63,983 bases of DNA, filler included, from Octopus bimaculoides (GCF_001194135.2; 5 parts of 3 records of this genome joined end to end with filler, not necessarily neighbours in it), one strand, 5' to 3'; counted from the first letter of the whole stretch, positions 40,270 through 53,649 are shown. The notes: generated by a model not told the origin, from the sequence alone. Translations and numbers: made by a program.

Positions 40270-41090
40270 AAGACAGTGAGCTGGCAGAATCGTTAGCATG
40301 CTGAGCAAAATGCTTAGCAGTATTTCTCCTGATACTATGTTCTGAGTTCAAGTTCTGCCAAGGTCAACTTTGCCTTTCATCCTTTTGGGATCAATAAATT
40401 AAGTACCATTTGAGTACTGGGGTTGATGTAATTGATTTAACCCCTCCCCACCCTCCAAATTTCAGGCCTTGTGCCTATAGTAGAAATGATTATTATTATT
40501 ATAAGCTGGTAAGCTGGCAGAATCGTTAGCACACTGGGCAAAATGCTTAATGGCATTTTGTCCGTCGGCGAGCTGGCAGAAACGTTAGCACATCGGGCGA
40601 AATGCTTAGCGGTATTTCTTCTGCTGTTACATTCTGAGTTCAAATTCCGCCAAGGTCGACTTTGCCTTTCATCCTTTCGGGGTCGATAAATTAAGTACCA
40701 GTTACGCACTGGGGTCGATCTAACCAACTTAATCCATTTGTCTGTCCTTGTTTGTCCCCTCTGTGTGTAGCCCCTTGTGGGCAGTAAAGAAATAGGCATT
40801 TTGTCCGTCTTTACATTCTGAGTTCAAATTCCACTGAGGTCAACTTTGCCTTTCATCCTTTCAGGGTTAATAAAATAAATACCAGTTGAATACTGGGGCT
40901 GATGTAATTGACTTATCCCCTCTCCTGAAATTGCTGGCCTTGTGCCAAAATTTGAAATTATTATTATTATTAAAGTGGTAAACTGGCAGAATCATTAGTG
41001 CATTGGACAAAATGCTTAGTGGAATTTCATACGGCTCTTTATGTTCTGGGTTCAAATTCTGCTGTAATCAATTTTGCTTTTTATGTCTAA
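40270..41090 (+). mobile_element. SINE family A array including a nested young copy (40567-40794) with 15-bp TSD
   Basis: GGCATTTTGTCCGTC at 40552-40566 and 40795-40809 splits an older SINE. Further copies at about 40270-40490 and 40973-41090. Confidence 0.9.
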
Positions 41091-41110
41091 GCTGTTTAGT
41101 TTGACTACTG

Positions 41111-41111
41111 C

Positions 41112-41161
<50 letters not shown>

Positions 41162-41191
41162 ATCATCATCATCATCATTATTATTATTATT
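41111..41191. repeat. Compound trinucleotide microsatellite (GCC)n(GTC)n(ATC)n(ATT)n
   Basis: Directly visible. Confidence 0.95.
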
Positions 41192-44100
41192 GAGTGAGAG
41201 AGCAGTGCATGTCATCAAAGTGACTTTGGGGTAAAATATATGAAGCCCAGTATTCCCACCATCACTACCTGTCTGATAAGGGTACACCGGGCACATGCAT
41301 CACAACCACATGTGCGCTACATGGTGATCTCATACCAAGATAAACAGCGCATGACCTCGCAGGTGGGGCCCAGTTAGAATCTTCTTCAGGTCGAGTAGCC
41401 CATCCTGCTCAAAANNNNNNNNNNTAGAATCTTCTTCAGGTCGAGTAGCCCATCCTGCTCAAAAGGTCCCTGAATAAGATTTGTTTAAGGATGTTGAGCA
41501 AAACACCCATGTTTCCAAAGGCAAATTACTCAAACCCAAAAGAATTTTTCTCAACACATGGCTATGATGCTCCCCCTTATTATTATTATTGTTGTTGTTG
41601 TTGTTATTATTATTATTATTATTAAAGCAGTGAGCTGGCAGAATCATTAGCATGTTGGGCAAATTGCTTAGTGGTATTTCTTCTGGCTCTTTACATTCTG
41701 AGTTCAAATGCTGCTGAAGTTATTTTTTGCTTTTCATCCTCTTGGAGTCAATAAAATAAGTATTGACGGAATCAATTTAATCGACTTCTTCTCTTCAAAA
41801 TTGCTGGCCTTGAGCCAAAATGAGAAAAAATATTATTATTTTCTGTCTGTATATTTTGGCTTATTTGTTTTATGAACACGAATATCAACTATTGGAAAGA
41901 TTCCCATTTCTGAAATATAAGTTAATAAATTCATTTGATTTATTCATATTTTATTTGCATGTTCACATTTGTTTGCATTGTGAGGTGTGTGTATAAGTGC
42001 AAGTGTACCTGTGTTAATCAATAAACCGCCTCATTCATCAGCGTCATTAGCTATTCACCAGTTAATATCAAACAATCAATGAGTTCAAATATTAAGTTAA
42101 ATAAAACCAGTATTAGTTATAGTTCATTATCCTCCTCATCATCATCACCATGAACAAATGGATGGAAAAAAATGCATTTGATCAATCCTAAAAGCTCCAT
42201 AATTATACTTCTAATAGTATGTAAAAAAAAATTTCTGATTTGATTTTTTCTTTTTGTCACTGTTGTCTCATCATCATGACTGCAACCACCACCATCATTA
42301 TTTTACATTTGTTTTTCATGCATCTATGTGTTGAATGAGTCACTAAGATCCAAGTCAGTTTTATTCAGAACTACTTCTGTCTTACACAAGTCAAAGAACC
42401 ATCTCTTGCTTGGACTTCTCATTTTTAACATAGTTTCTATGGATAGACACTCTTATTAACACCTTCCACTTGAAATTCGGGCAAGGTTGTTTATGGAAGA
42501 CCAGCAGTTGCCCATGCATACCGGTCTCCCCTCTCCACGCCACCAGTTATCCAAGGGAAAGGCAAAGGTCAATACAGCTTGACACCTGTGACGTCCCAAC
42601 TCATTTCAACAGCTGAGTGAACTGGAGCAATGTGAAATAAAGTGTCTTGCTCAAGAACACAACACGCAACCTGGTCCAGGATTCAAACTCACAACCTCGC
42701 GCTCGTAAGCTTGACGCTCTAACCACTGAGCCATGCGCCTTCACTATATATTATATCATATTATATTATATTATATAAAAATTAATGGGTTGAATTTCAG
42801 ATCACAATCCATGACAAGTTGGGAGATATGTGGAGGTTGAGAGTTTGAACTTTGTCCAGGACAGTGTTTTCACAAAAGCATTCATGTTTGTGTTTAAGAA
42901 GTTCACTTCACAAATATGAGATTTCTGGTTCATTCCCACTGTATAGTACCAAGGGTTGGAGTCTCCTACTGTTGCCTGTGCATGATTAATGACTTGTGAG
43001 TAGAATAGAAAGAAATTGCTGAAAATACCCCTTTTTTTGTTTTTTATAGGCTTCAGACATTTGTTTCACGCAACAATCTAGAATTTGCAAAAAACTTAAT
43101 ACAAAAACCATTTTTCTAGTCTTTCTTTCCTTTTATTTGGCAAAACGTTTTTCAAAAACACATAGTTTATTGTCTCAATTGTTTTACTTAGCAAACTGTC
43201 TAACCCATGCCAGCATGGATAATGGACATTAAATGATGATAATGATTAAAAATGACTACTCTATGAATGGAAATATTGAACAATTTAGCACCTAATGCTG
43301 TTCAGTACTTACAAGCAAACTACATTATTGCGAATGACAAACTGCATGTCTATGGTAATAAACTTGTCATTGCAACAGTCTCAAAGGTATCATTGATGAT
43401 GTTATATGGAGATGCTCAAAATGTAAAAAGACAAATTTAGTGTGAAGCAACACATTTCTTGAATAATCTATATTGACGACACCCGTCATATTTCAAATAG
43501 TATTAGACTTTGTATGTGAAGTCCCAGTGACTAGCTGTATGCTACTGAATGGTATTAGGACTGAAGCAGTAATTCAATGGCGCCAATAATATTGTGATAT
43601 TTATTAATAGAGCAGAAAACAAAAACAAAAAAAAAACTATAAAACAGGATGTAACACAGTGGACCCAGCCTTGAAATTGATGAAAGCTTAATGTTCAAAT
43701 GCAAAAATCATGTTAGGGTTATCAAACAATTTGGAGTCATTGAATTTTAAAACACACACACGTGCACACACACACACACGCGCACGCACGCACACACACA
43801 TACACACATTCTGCATAGGTGTAAGCATGGATTTATGGTAAGAAGCCTTGTTTTCCAATCACATAGTTTTAGGTTCAGTCCCACTGCATGGTACCTTAGG
43901 CAAGTGTCTTCTACTGTAGCCTCAGGCCAACTGAAGCCTTGTCAGGGATTCTGGTTGAAGGAAACTGAAAGAAGCCCCATATGCATATGTATATATTTAT
44001 ATACATGTCGATGTGTCTGTATCTATGATTGTTTCCCATCACTACTTAACAATTGGCAATGGTTTTTTTTTTTACCAATAAACTAGCAGTGGTAGTACTT

Positions 44101-44541
44101 GTAAACTAGCACTTCAGCAAAAGACATTAATGCAATAAGTTCCAGATTTAAAAAAGAAAGTACTGAGGACAATTCGTTTGACTACAACCTTTCAAGGAGG
44201 TGATACAGCATGGCCGCAGTCCAATGACCGAAACAAATAAAAGATATACTTAGTTGTGCTACAGTGACCTCAGAAGCAGTGAACATCAGCCCATCTTTAC
44301 TGACAAGTAATGAAGTTATAATCATCGGGACATTTTTGGTTATAGCCACAAAACTATATAAATTATAAGTAAAATTAATCACTGTACATACATATTACTA
44401 GCAGGGAAGCGAATCCCTACCATCCTCCAACAGACAACAGGATCGCGGGACTGACTCAGTCTATGCTAACTTGGGTAGGGTATACACCAGTAAAGTCCTT
44501 ATATACACTATCCAAGTGTCCCCCCCCCCCACTAACTTTCT

Positions 44542-44845
44542 TTCCTAGTAACTTTCAGATAATATGGATATTTTTAAATGAAATTTTCAACAGGTACCGC
44601 CTAGAAGGTGTAAATTACGATTATAACAATTTAATGTGAAAAACAAAAGCAAAACAAAAGTGGTGGGCGCAAATTATTTTAAATTTCAAGTTTCATTTTG
44701 CTGATGTGTGTGTGGGGGGGGGGGCGCTCTCACCAATTTTGTCTCTTCACAATAAATTCCAATATAATCGTAATCTACACCATCTGAAGCGTATTTATAG
44801 AAAATTCCATTAAAAAATATCCATTTTTCTGAAAGTTATGAGGAA
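44542..44845. mobile_element. Imperfect ~90-bp inverted repeat (MITE-like)
   Basis: TTCCTAGTAACTTTCAGATAATATGGATATTTTT..TTACGATTATA (44542-44632) versus the reverse complement of 44754-44845. Confidence 0.7.
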
Positions 44846-45119
44846 ACAAAATCGGTGTGGTACACACGTGTAGGTATGCCCAAACGTGAATCTCAAATAC
44901 ATGGATCAAGTATAAATCAGGATCAACTGGTGATATGAAGCGGGTACCTGTGGACGAGACGTACAGAGAAGCTTACAACATGACAAGCGATAAAGCTATA
45001 GCTAATTATAATGTTGTCTAAGACCACATTATTGATCTCTGTTCTTGGTATTTTTGTAGTTCTTGTACAGTATAGGTATGTTCTGGATTTATTTATATAT
45101 TATTTTTCCAATCAGAACA

Positions 45120-45257
45120 ATAATAGCAGAATCGTCAGAGCGCCTTACAATATTTCCTCTGACAGTATTTATAAAACATTCCGAGTTCAAATCATGCTTT
45201 CATCCTTTCCGGGTTGGTCTCAATTGATACCTTCCCCTCAAAATTCTTGTCCTTGAA

Positions 45258-45290
<33 letters not shown>

Positions 45291-45690
45291 GTTGTTGTTG
45301 TTGTTATTCTCGAAGGTGGCGAATTGGCAGAACCGTTAGCACGCCGGGCAAAATTCTGCCGAGGTCAACTTTACCTTTCATCCTTTCGGGGTCGATAAAT
45401 TAAGTAACAATGAAACACTGGGGTCGATGTAATCGACTAGTTCCCTTCTCCCAAATCTCAAGCCTTGTGCCTATAATAGAAAGGATTATTATTATGGTGG
45501 CGAGTTGGCAGAATCGCTAGAGTGTCAGATAAAATGCTTAGCGGTATTTCGTCCGGATTTTTACGTCCTGAGTTCAAATTCTGCTGAAGTCGACTTTGCT
45601 TTCCAGAATCCTTTCGGGGTCGATAAATTAAGTACCAGTGAAACGTTGGGATCGATGTGACTGGCTCCTCCCGGAAAATATGCCAAAATC
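45120..45690 (+). mobile_element. SINE family A tandem copies
   Basis: Heads at about 45125, 45313 and 45495, separated by (ACT/GTT/ATT)n tracts. Confidence 0.8.
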
Positions 45691-47328
45691 AAAATTATTT
45701 CACTTGGAAGACGTCTTTTTGTAAACAGCATATTCAAAAACAGGTTCGTTTTTCCATACCAAAAATCAGGGCTCAAATGATAATAAAGTTGGGGTGTATG
45801 ATGCGAAACTTGTAAATGTCAATTATATGCATTACGATCAGGTTTCTTGTCCATTTAGAGTCTTTTATAATCGGCAATCATACTTTTGGAATATCAAATA
45901 GCCAATTATTTGTAATATATACAGTTTTAAAAATAAAGATTGCCAAGAGAAAAATCAATAACCATGTTATGAATGAATGATTTATATGAGTGCAAAATAG
46001 ACAGACCAATCGAAATAGCGAAGCACTGATAGAAAGGCGGTTACTTATTGGGAATTGAGTACAACTTATTTCACTGTAATAGCAAGATAATTACAGATCA
46101 TTTTCTATCTGATTGGAGTGTGTAGCTATTCGTTCCTGATGAAAACGAAATATGTGTATGGCTCCTTATATTTGATGTAATATAACACAACATAAGATAA
46201 GAAGAATGTAACAATTTGATAAAGCAATAATAACAAAGACAGATCAACTAATGAATGAACGATATATGTTTAGAAAAGAAAAGGGAAAAGAAGAGAAATC
46301 AGTTACGTCACTCTAAATCAGATCAAAGGCATATAGGATAGTTTTAAGACAAACTCAAAACTGCATATAAACAAAAGATATTGTAACGAGTTATTAAATA
46401 TTTCATTATCTTTAAAAGAGGTACGACACATTAAATCCGTGTTTACATTTCTTATTCAGCTTACACTTGCATTCACATACAAATAGAAAATAAATTATAA
46501 ATCAACCTAAAATAGACATAACCATCTAGTTAAATGTATAGTGGAAATTAAGATAATAACGATTAAATACTTACTCTGCAGCTGCTTAGTATCACTGAGT
46601 AGTATCGTGAAAAAAAAAAAGCAACCTGAGAAGGTCAGCGGGTCAGTTAGACTTTAGCAATTTGTACGACAGAGAATAAGGTAATTAAAATGTTACTACT
46701 AGAGTTATAGTGACGCGAAAATACAGGTCCTACGTCGGGGAGAATGTTTAATGGTTTTGTGACAGTAAGCTGGCGAAGCCCGACTTCGAACAAACATCAC
46801 AAGCAGACAGATATAGACAACTGGAGAACTAGAGTATAACGAAGAAGAGAAGGTGGGAGGAACACATCAAGGTCCAAGTTGATATGAGTGAGTGGGAGAC
46901 ATAAATAATAATAAATAAATAAAAAAATACAGAGAAACACATGCAGACTAACAAGAGAGAGGCTGTCAGACATTCAGACAGAAAGAAAGAGTAAGAATTT
47001 GACACTTCGAAGTTGTGAAAGATTGGCATTCCTCATTTTTTCTTTCGTTCTTTTTTTTTGGGGGGGGGGGGGTGCACTAGTTTTCGAGTTCTGTAGATTG
47101 TCCGTTTCGTTCGTGTTCATTTATTTATTATCTTCATATTCCACTTATAGATACCGATTTCTATTGATTAACCACGAGACCAGTTCTTGTAAAAGAATCA
47201 ATGAAATACACACCAGTGTATAATAATAATAATCAAAATAACCATAATAATAATAATAATAATATTTAAACTTTGTCGACCCCAGCAAAATTTGAACTTT
47301 GAACAGACAAAATTAAATATTGTAGATA

Positions 47329-47362
<34 letters not shown>

Positions 47363-47409
47363 GTTGTGTATACACACACATACACATACATACACACACA
47401 CACACACAG

Positions 47410-47443
<34 letters not shown>

Positions 47444-47723
47444 TTATTTATATAGATAGGGTGATAAATTGAATATTAATTCAATTTAAAACCAATTGGC
47501 CTAGCATATAAAAAATCTGAAAATTCAGANNNNNNNNNNNNNNNNNNNNNNNNNNNNNNNNNNNNNNNNNNNNNNNNNNNNNNNNNNNNNNNNNNNNNNN
47601 NNNNNNNNNNNNNNNNNNNNNNNNNNNNNNNNNNNNNNNNNNNNNNNNNNNNNNNNNNNNNNNNNNNNNNNNNNNNNNNNNNNNNNNNNNNNNNNNNNNN
47701 NNNNNNNNNNNNNNNNNNNNNNN

Positions 47724-47754
<31 letters not shown>

Positions 47755-48638
47755 GTATATGTGCGTGTGTGTATGTGTGTGTGTATAAAATATATATAGG
47801 ATGTGAATTTCGTTCTAACATTGCTCTTATAACCTTATCAAATAGTATCAAATAATTGATTTCTCACATTAGTAACTAACAGGACGGGATATGAAGCATG
47901 TAATCAAATACTGCAAAATAATTAAGTTCATCACTATTGTTTCTATCATCCCATCGCCTCTAGTACTATTAACTTCATTCATACTTTTTGTTCATTCATA
48001 CTTTTTTGTTTATCGATTGTTATTCCTCATTCGTAAAATCATGTTCTGTCTACGTATGTTAGAGGGAATGAAGTGAACAGCTTTCATTACACAACATCAA
48101 ACTACAGTTTTATTAGTAAAGCCTAGAAATGATATTGTTTGGAATGTAGTACTTACAAAACCGAAGGCTCAGTTCCGGAGACAACATCAGTTATAATATT
48201 GATTTGTCACATTGGCCAGTTCACACATTTTGTGAGATGTCGATTTATGGCGGCTACCAGGCAGAATCGTTAACACGTCGGACAAAATGTTTATCGGCAT
48301 TTCTTCCATCTTCTTACGATCTGCATTCAAATACTGCCGAGGTAAACTTTCATCGCTTCGGAGTCAATAAAATAAAGTACCAGTCAAGTACTGGGATTGA
48401 TGCTATCGATTTGTCCTCCACCCTAAAATTGCTGACTTGGACCCTGCAACGAACCGGTATCCCGTTCGAGTTGAGGAAGGCATGGCTTTGGCCGCTTATA
48501 AGCCATGGAATCCGGGTAACTGTCCGTGTGAGTCCTAGGGCACAACCATTTTTTTTTAGAAAATGTATTCATTTATAGGCACAGGCGTGGCTGCGTGGTA
48601 AGAAGCTTGCTTTCCAGCCACATGAACTCCGGGTTCAA

Positions 48639-48738
48639 NNNNNNNNNNNNNNNNNNNNNNNNNNNNNNNNNNNNNNNNNNNNTTAATTAATTAANNNNNN
48701 NNNNNNNNNNNNNNNNNNNNNNNNNNNNNNNNNNNNNN
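48639..48738. other. Artificial scaffold-joining spacer
   Basis: 44 N + TTAATTAATTAA (48683-48694) + 44 N. Confidence 0.95.
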
Positions 48739-49439
48739 GCTCCAGTTCACTCAGCTGGCAAAAATGAGTTGTACCTGTAATTCAAAGGGGCCAGCCTTTT
48801 CACGTTCTGTGTCACACTGAATCTCCCTGAGAACTACATTAAGGGTACACGTGTCTGTGGAATACTCAGTCACTTGTACATTAATTTCACGAGCAAGCTG
48901 TTCCGTTGATCTGATCAACTGGAACCCTCATCGTCGCAACCGACGGAGTGCCAGTTTTCATACTGATGTACGATGGTCCTCTTTCCGTGTACCAAATCCA
49001 CTTATAAGACTTCGGTCGGCTCGTCGCAATATTAGAAGGCACCCAAGGTGCCATGCAGTAGGAATGAACCCGGAACCAGATGATTGAGAAGCAAGCATCT
49101 TACCACACAACTACGTCTGCGCCTGATCTTACGCATGAAGCGATTCCTTTTGTATCCATGTTTTTTTCCTCCATCCTTTTAGGTTCCATTTTGACTTTAT
49201 ATTTACATTTATTTTACTTCCTTTCCTGTTGCTTTGTCCTTATCTAAATCTCCTTTTTTTTTCTTTACAGTGTAATTAACTTCTAGTTTGTAATTTTATT
49301 GTTTACTTAAACATAGCGCGATTTTTTCCCTTCTCGTTTCCATAATAAACTAATCAATTTCCGTTAGTTCGTTTCTAAGTGTTTCTTTTACAACTGATCT
49401 CGTTACATTATATCACTGCTTTAATTCTATCAACATTTC

Positions 49440-49800
49440 CTCCCGCCCCATCCTGTGTGTGCGCTGGTATGTGGTATAAACCATCTTACCTGCTTTTTGG
49501 CTAATGACTTTACAATATAGTTAATAGTTTCCTCGTTTTCCAAAGTTCTTTAATACATTTAACTTCATCTTATTATATTGAAGCTCTGTTGTAGAACTGG
49601 GATAGCTACTGTATTTATACCTATTGTTTTGTTTCTAGCATTAGTTTTAAGTACTTTTTTTTAAATAATCTGACTCTTCTGTAGTGTTATTAGCTAATTT
49701 TCTCCTCAATTTTTCTTCATTGTTTTATTCGACAAGAGTTTCATCTAATATTAACCATTTTCATGCTGGATCAGTTTTTAAATCTCCGATTTCAGTATCT
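49440..49800 (-). mobile_element. R4/Dong-like non-LTR retrotransposon fragment (post-RT region)
   Basis: Minus translation KVLKTNARNKTIGINTVAIPVLQQSFNII..RWFIP..GWGG resembles the LNA.NK..AINT.A.PVL.YSF.II..RLY.PR..GGRG region of RLE-type elements. Confidence 0.6.
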
Positions 49801-49979
49801 GGGTCTAATTTAATGTTTGCAATGTTAATTAATTTACTGCCTTTTTAAAATTCATTTTAATTAATTAATCAATTAATTAATGTTCCTCTAATTAATATGT
49901 TGTTTAGACAAGATTGTCAACATCTTTGTCTCATTTCGATATCCCAGCTAAATTGATGTACTCATTAGAGTTTTTAAGC

Positions 49980-50040
<61 letters not shown>

Positions 50041-50041
50041 A

Positions 50042-50339
<298 letters not shown>

Positions 50340-50340
50340 G

Positions 50341-50830
50341 ATACCTAGCCCAAAATAAGGAAACGTTGCTAGTGACAGTTAGGAACGAGGGAGTATTGAG
50401 AGCAGAGAAAAAAAGGGAAAGCAAAAGAAGAAGTACAAAAAGGACATGAAGAAGAATTACGAAAGAAGGGACTACACAATCAGTTTCATGAAGTCACAAT
50501 AGAAGTTGCTGGGAAAAAGTAGGTGGGATTGGCTGATGAAAGGAACACTAAAAATGAGACCGAGAGCACTATACTGGCAGCGCAAGACCAAGCTTTGGCC
50601 ATGAACTGAAGGGTCAAGGTTAGGAATGAGTAAGTGCCCACTTTGTGCCGCATTTACAATAGAGTGGTTGAAACCATTGGCCATATCACGAACGAATGCC
50701 CTAAACTTGTCTAAAACCAGTACAAGTTGTGGCGACATGATCACGTAGCAACAGTATGATATTGGAAACTGTGCGAAAAGTGGGGGATAGAGAGAACCAA
50801 GACGTGATATCAGTAAAAACCATAGAGAGT
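50341..50830 (+). mobile_element. R4/Dong-like fragment with CCHC zinc-knuckle region
   Basis: GLHNQF..RWDWLMKGTLK/ETESTILAAQDQALA..CRIYNRVVETIGHITNECPKL..RHDHVA..WKLCEKWG. Confidence 0.8.
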
Positions 50831-50877
50831 GACACCTGATGAAGGCTGGAGGGTATATCAGGGGAAACGTTGTGTTA
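50830..50877 (+). ncRNA. Candidate minimal type I hammerhead ribozyme at the start of a short repeat
   Basis: TGACAC-CTGATGA-A-GGCTG-loop-CAGGG-GAAA-CG-TT-GTGTTA. 6-bp stem I, complete catalytic core and palindromic AACGTT; stem II has lost two pairs. Confidence 0.65.
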
Positions 50878-51244
50878 ACAACAAACAAGATGAGGACAAA
50901 TATCCGTCAAATGTAAATAATGAAGACATTTTCCTTCACAACCTTGCTGCCAAGCAGGTGGCCGCTCAAAATCTAAATTAAAAAGAGAGAAGATCCATCC
51001 ATTCACCCATCCATCTATACATGCATGCATACATGCATACAGGCATTCATACATGTACACAATGGTCTTCCACACAGTTTCCGTCAATCAAATTCACAAA
51101 TTCACTCATAAGGATTGACCAGTGGGCCGCAGATTTAGTAGGAGACACTTGCACAATGTGCCTCGCAGTAGGAATGAACCTGCAACCATCTGGTTGCAAA
51201 GCATACTTCTTAACCACGTGCATTCATGCCTAGCAATTTTTCAC

Positions 51245-51960
51245 TCCTGAATTCCTCCAAGTTTAGATTAATATACATTTCTTCAACAACATGGTGCTGC
51301 AGTGAGCCTTCCATGACTTTCTCGTCTATTACGGATGGATTGTGAAAAACGTCTGAGAAATACTTGAGTCATCTTTTCAAAATACCTTCAATTTCGCTAA
51401 TTAAAGTTGATCCATGTTAGAAACGGAGAGGAGCAATAGTTGAACCAAATAACTGAAATTAACAAGCTGTACATTATTTTCGAGTCTTCTTCACTAAATA
51501 TCAGTTGAATATCTGTGGTTTTGCTCAATCAAGCATTCTTCCTTGTCTTCTGTTCTCTCTGTAAAGTTGATTAATGGTGCTTCAATAATTCCTATCTTCA
51601 ACCATTCTTTACTTGGTAAATTAGGATTGAGCCATTTCTGTTGTAATTTATGTTTGATGTCTAGAAACACCGATATTTCTGACTTATTTTCATCGAACCA
51701 AACTTTGTGTTTGCGTGTCCTGAAGCCGAAGATATTGGCAGCGATGGCATAAATTTTATGTGTGAAGTCTGATCATGAAATATCAGGTGATGAATTTTCT
51801 AAATCTTCACGAAAAGTTGCCGATATTAATGTGTGTCAGAGTTTTGGTACCCTCGCGTTATTTGCTGTAAACTTTTACAGCTTTCCTCACGTTGGGAAGT
51901 GTTCTATATACTTACATTAGGTAGTGGTCTCTACAGACGTAGCCAAAAGTTCGGAACACA
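51245..51960 (-). mobile_element. RTE-clade LINE fragment (linker between endonuclease and RT)
   Basis: KFYAIAANIFGFRTRKHKVWFDENKSEISVFLDIKHKLQQKWL...GSTIAPLR..GSTLISEIEGILKR*LKYFSDVFHNPSVIDE. Confidence 0.8.
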
Positions 51961-52289
51961 GGTCTGAAAATTAGAATTTTTATATTAAATGCCCAAAGTT
52001 ATACTTAATTTGCAATTTATTATTAGATGGTCAAAATTTTGGAACATATGTCTTGAAATTTTTCTTCTAGATATTGGACCATAGGATCTGTTATTAGGTA
52101 AATATATCTCGATGTTGTATATATTTGAATCGAATTGTACTTGGGCATAGCAATTTTAATTTTTAATAAAATATTCCAAAATTTTGGCCACAACTGCATC
52201 CCTGCATTTGGTAGTGGTCTCTCTGAACGATTAGCTCCAGGCAAAAGCTTAACGCTGCAAAGATTATCAATATCTCTGGCGTAGCGTTA

Positions 52290-52770
52290 CACGATTGGGT
52301 GCATAGCTCGGAGATCAAGGAACCTCTCCGGATCGAACCGTTACTTCTCTGTATTGAAAGGTCACAGTTCCGGTACTACGGACACGTGATTAAAATGTCG
52401 CAGGAAAGAGTCACAAGACAGTTTCTTCAAGCCGAGCCAATCAGCAGTAGATTTAAAGGTAGACCAAGAACGAGATGGTTGGATAATATCCAGTCTAGGT
52501 TGGTCACGCTCAGGAATGATGCCGAAAAGTGTAATGATAGGACTCTATGAAGCAACCAGCTTCATAGGGTGCGTAACTCGGATATCAGGAAGTCTCGCCA
52601 GGTCGAGCCACTAATTCTCCCGAGAGGTCACAGTCATACGATTAGAATATCGCAGGAAAGAATCACAAGACGAATTGTTCAAGCCGAGTCAATCGGAAAA
52701 AGACCGAAAAACGTGGTGATTGGATACTATTCATAATCTCAGTTGGTCGCACTGGGAATTCACCCTATGG
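52290..52770 (+). mobile_element. RTE-clade LINE C-terminal fragment plus a diverged tandem second copy
   Basis: LRIEPLLLCIERSQFRYYGHVIKMSQER..KGRPRTRWLDNI; 52570-52770 repeats the same region with deletions. Confidence 0.8.
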
Positions 52771-52957
52771 AGAAGGTGCCTCAGAGCTCTGCCCCAACAC
52801 CAGCCCCCAGCAGTTAATGGACGGAGAAGATGGATGCTTAGTATAACAAAGCCAATATAACTGCGAGCTGGCAGAATCGCTAACATGCCGGACAAAATGC
52901 TTAGCGACATTTCGTCCATCTTTACGTATACATATATACATATATATATATATGGAT

Positions 52958-53220
52958 ACTAGATTACCTGTGGCCCGTTGGGTCACCGGGANNNNNNNNN
53001 NNNNNNNNNNNNNNNNNNNNNNNNNNNNNNNNNNNNNNNNNNNNNNNNNNNNNNNNNNNNNNNNNNNNNNNNNNNNNNNNNNNNNNNNNNNNNNNNNNNN
53101 NNNNNNNNNNNNNNNNNNNNNNNNNNNNNNNNNNNNNNNNNNNNNNNNNNNNNNNNNNNNNNNTATATATATATATATATATGGATACTAGATTACCTGT
53201 GGCCCGTTGGGTCACCGGGA
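52958..53220 (-). mobile_element. Helitron-like 3' terminus (hairpin + CTAG), seen on both sides of a gap
   Basis: Minus strand CCCGGTGACCCAACGGG-CCACAGGTAAT-CTAG-T at 52958-52990, repeated at 53187-53219. Confidence 0.45.
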
Positions 53221-53614
53221 ATCTCTGAGTTTCCCAACAACAGAGTCTTGTTTCGTGGGATATTTTTTTTTCATTACTAGGTTATTTCGCATGCTTTCAA
53301 AAAATGCGACATTGAAATCAGTGTGAGCAGCTCCTTTTCCCCCAGAAAAGGAAAGATTTCGCTGCTATTTCTTGCACTCGTTGCTACCACATAACATGTA
53401 TTCCGGGTCCTTCATCGCAAATATCTGTTACATGATAACAGGGCGTGCTAGAAATAGAGGCCAAATAGCGAATAAGCAGTACCTTTCCTCCTACGATGAT
53501 ATAATATACTAGAGTTATGTTCGTAGTTTTCAACCGAGGTAACCATTCCTGAAAAACTTGTCCCCTGGCACCTACGTAAATAATCAGTAGTAGTAGTAGT
53601 AGTAGTAGTAGTAG

Positions 53615-53649
<35 letters not shown>

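Noticed and set aside
41375-41464. 40-bp direct repeat flanking a 10-N gap
   Set aside because: Overlapping contig ends within a family D repeat; an assembly artefact.
46125-46160. CTGATGA-AAAC-GAAA
   Set aside because: Only 4 nt separate the core halves, with no stem II and no stem I.
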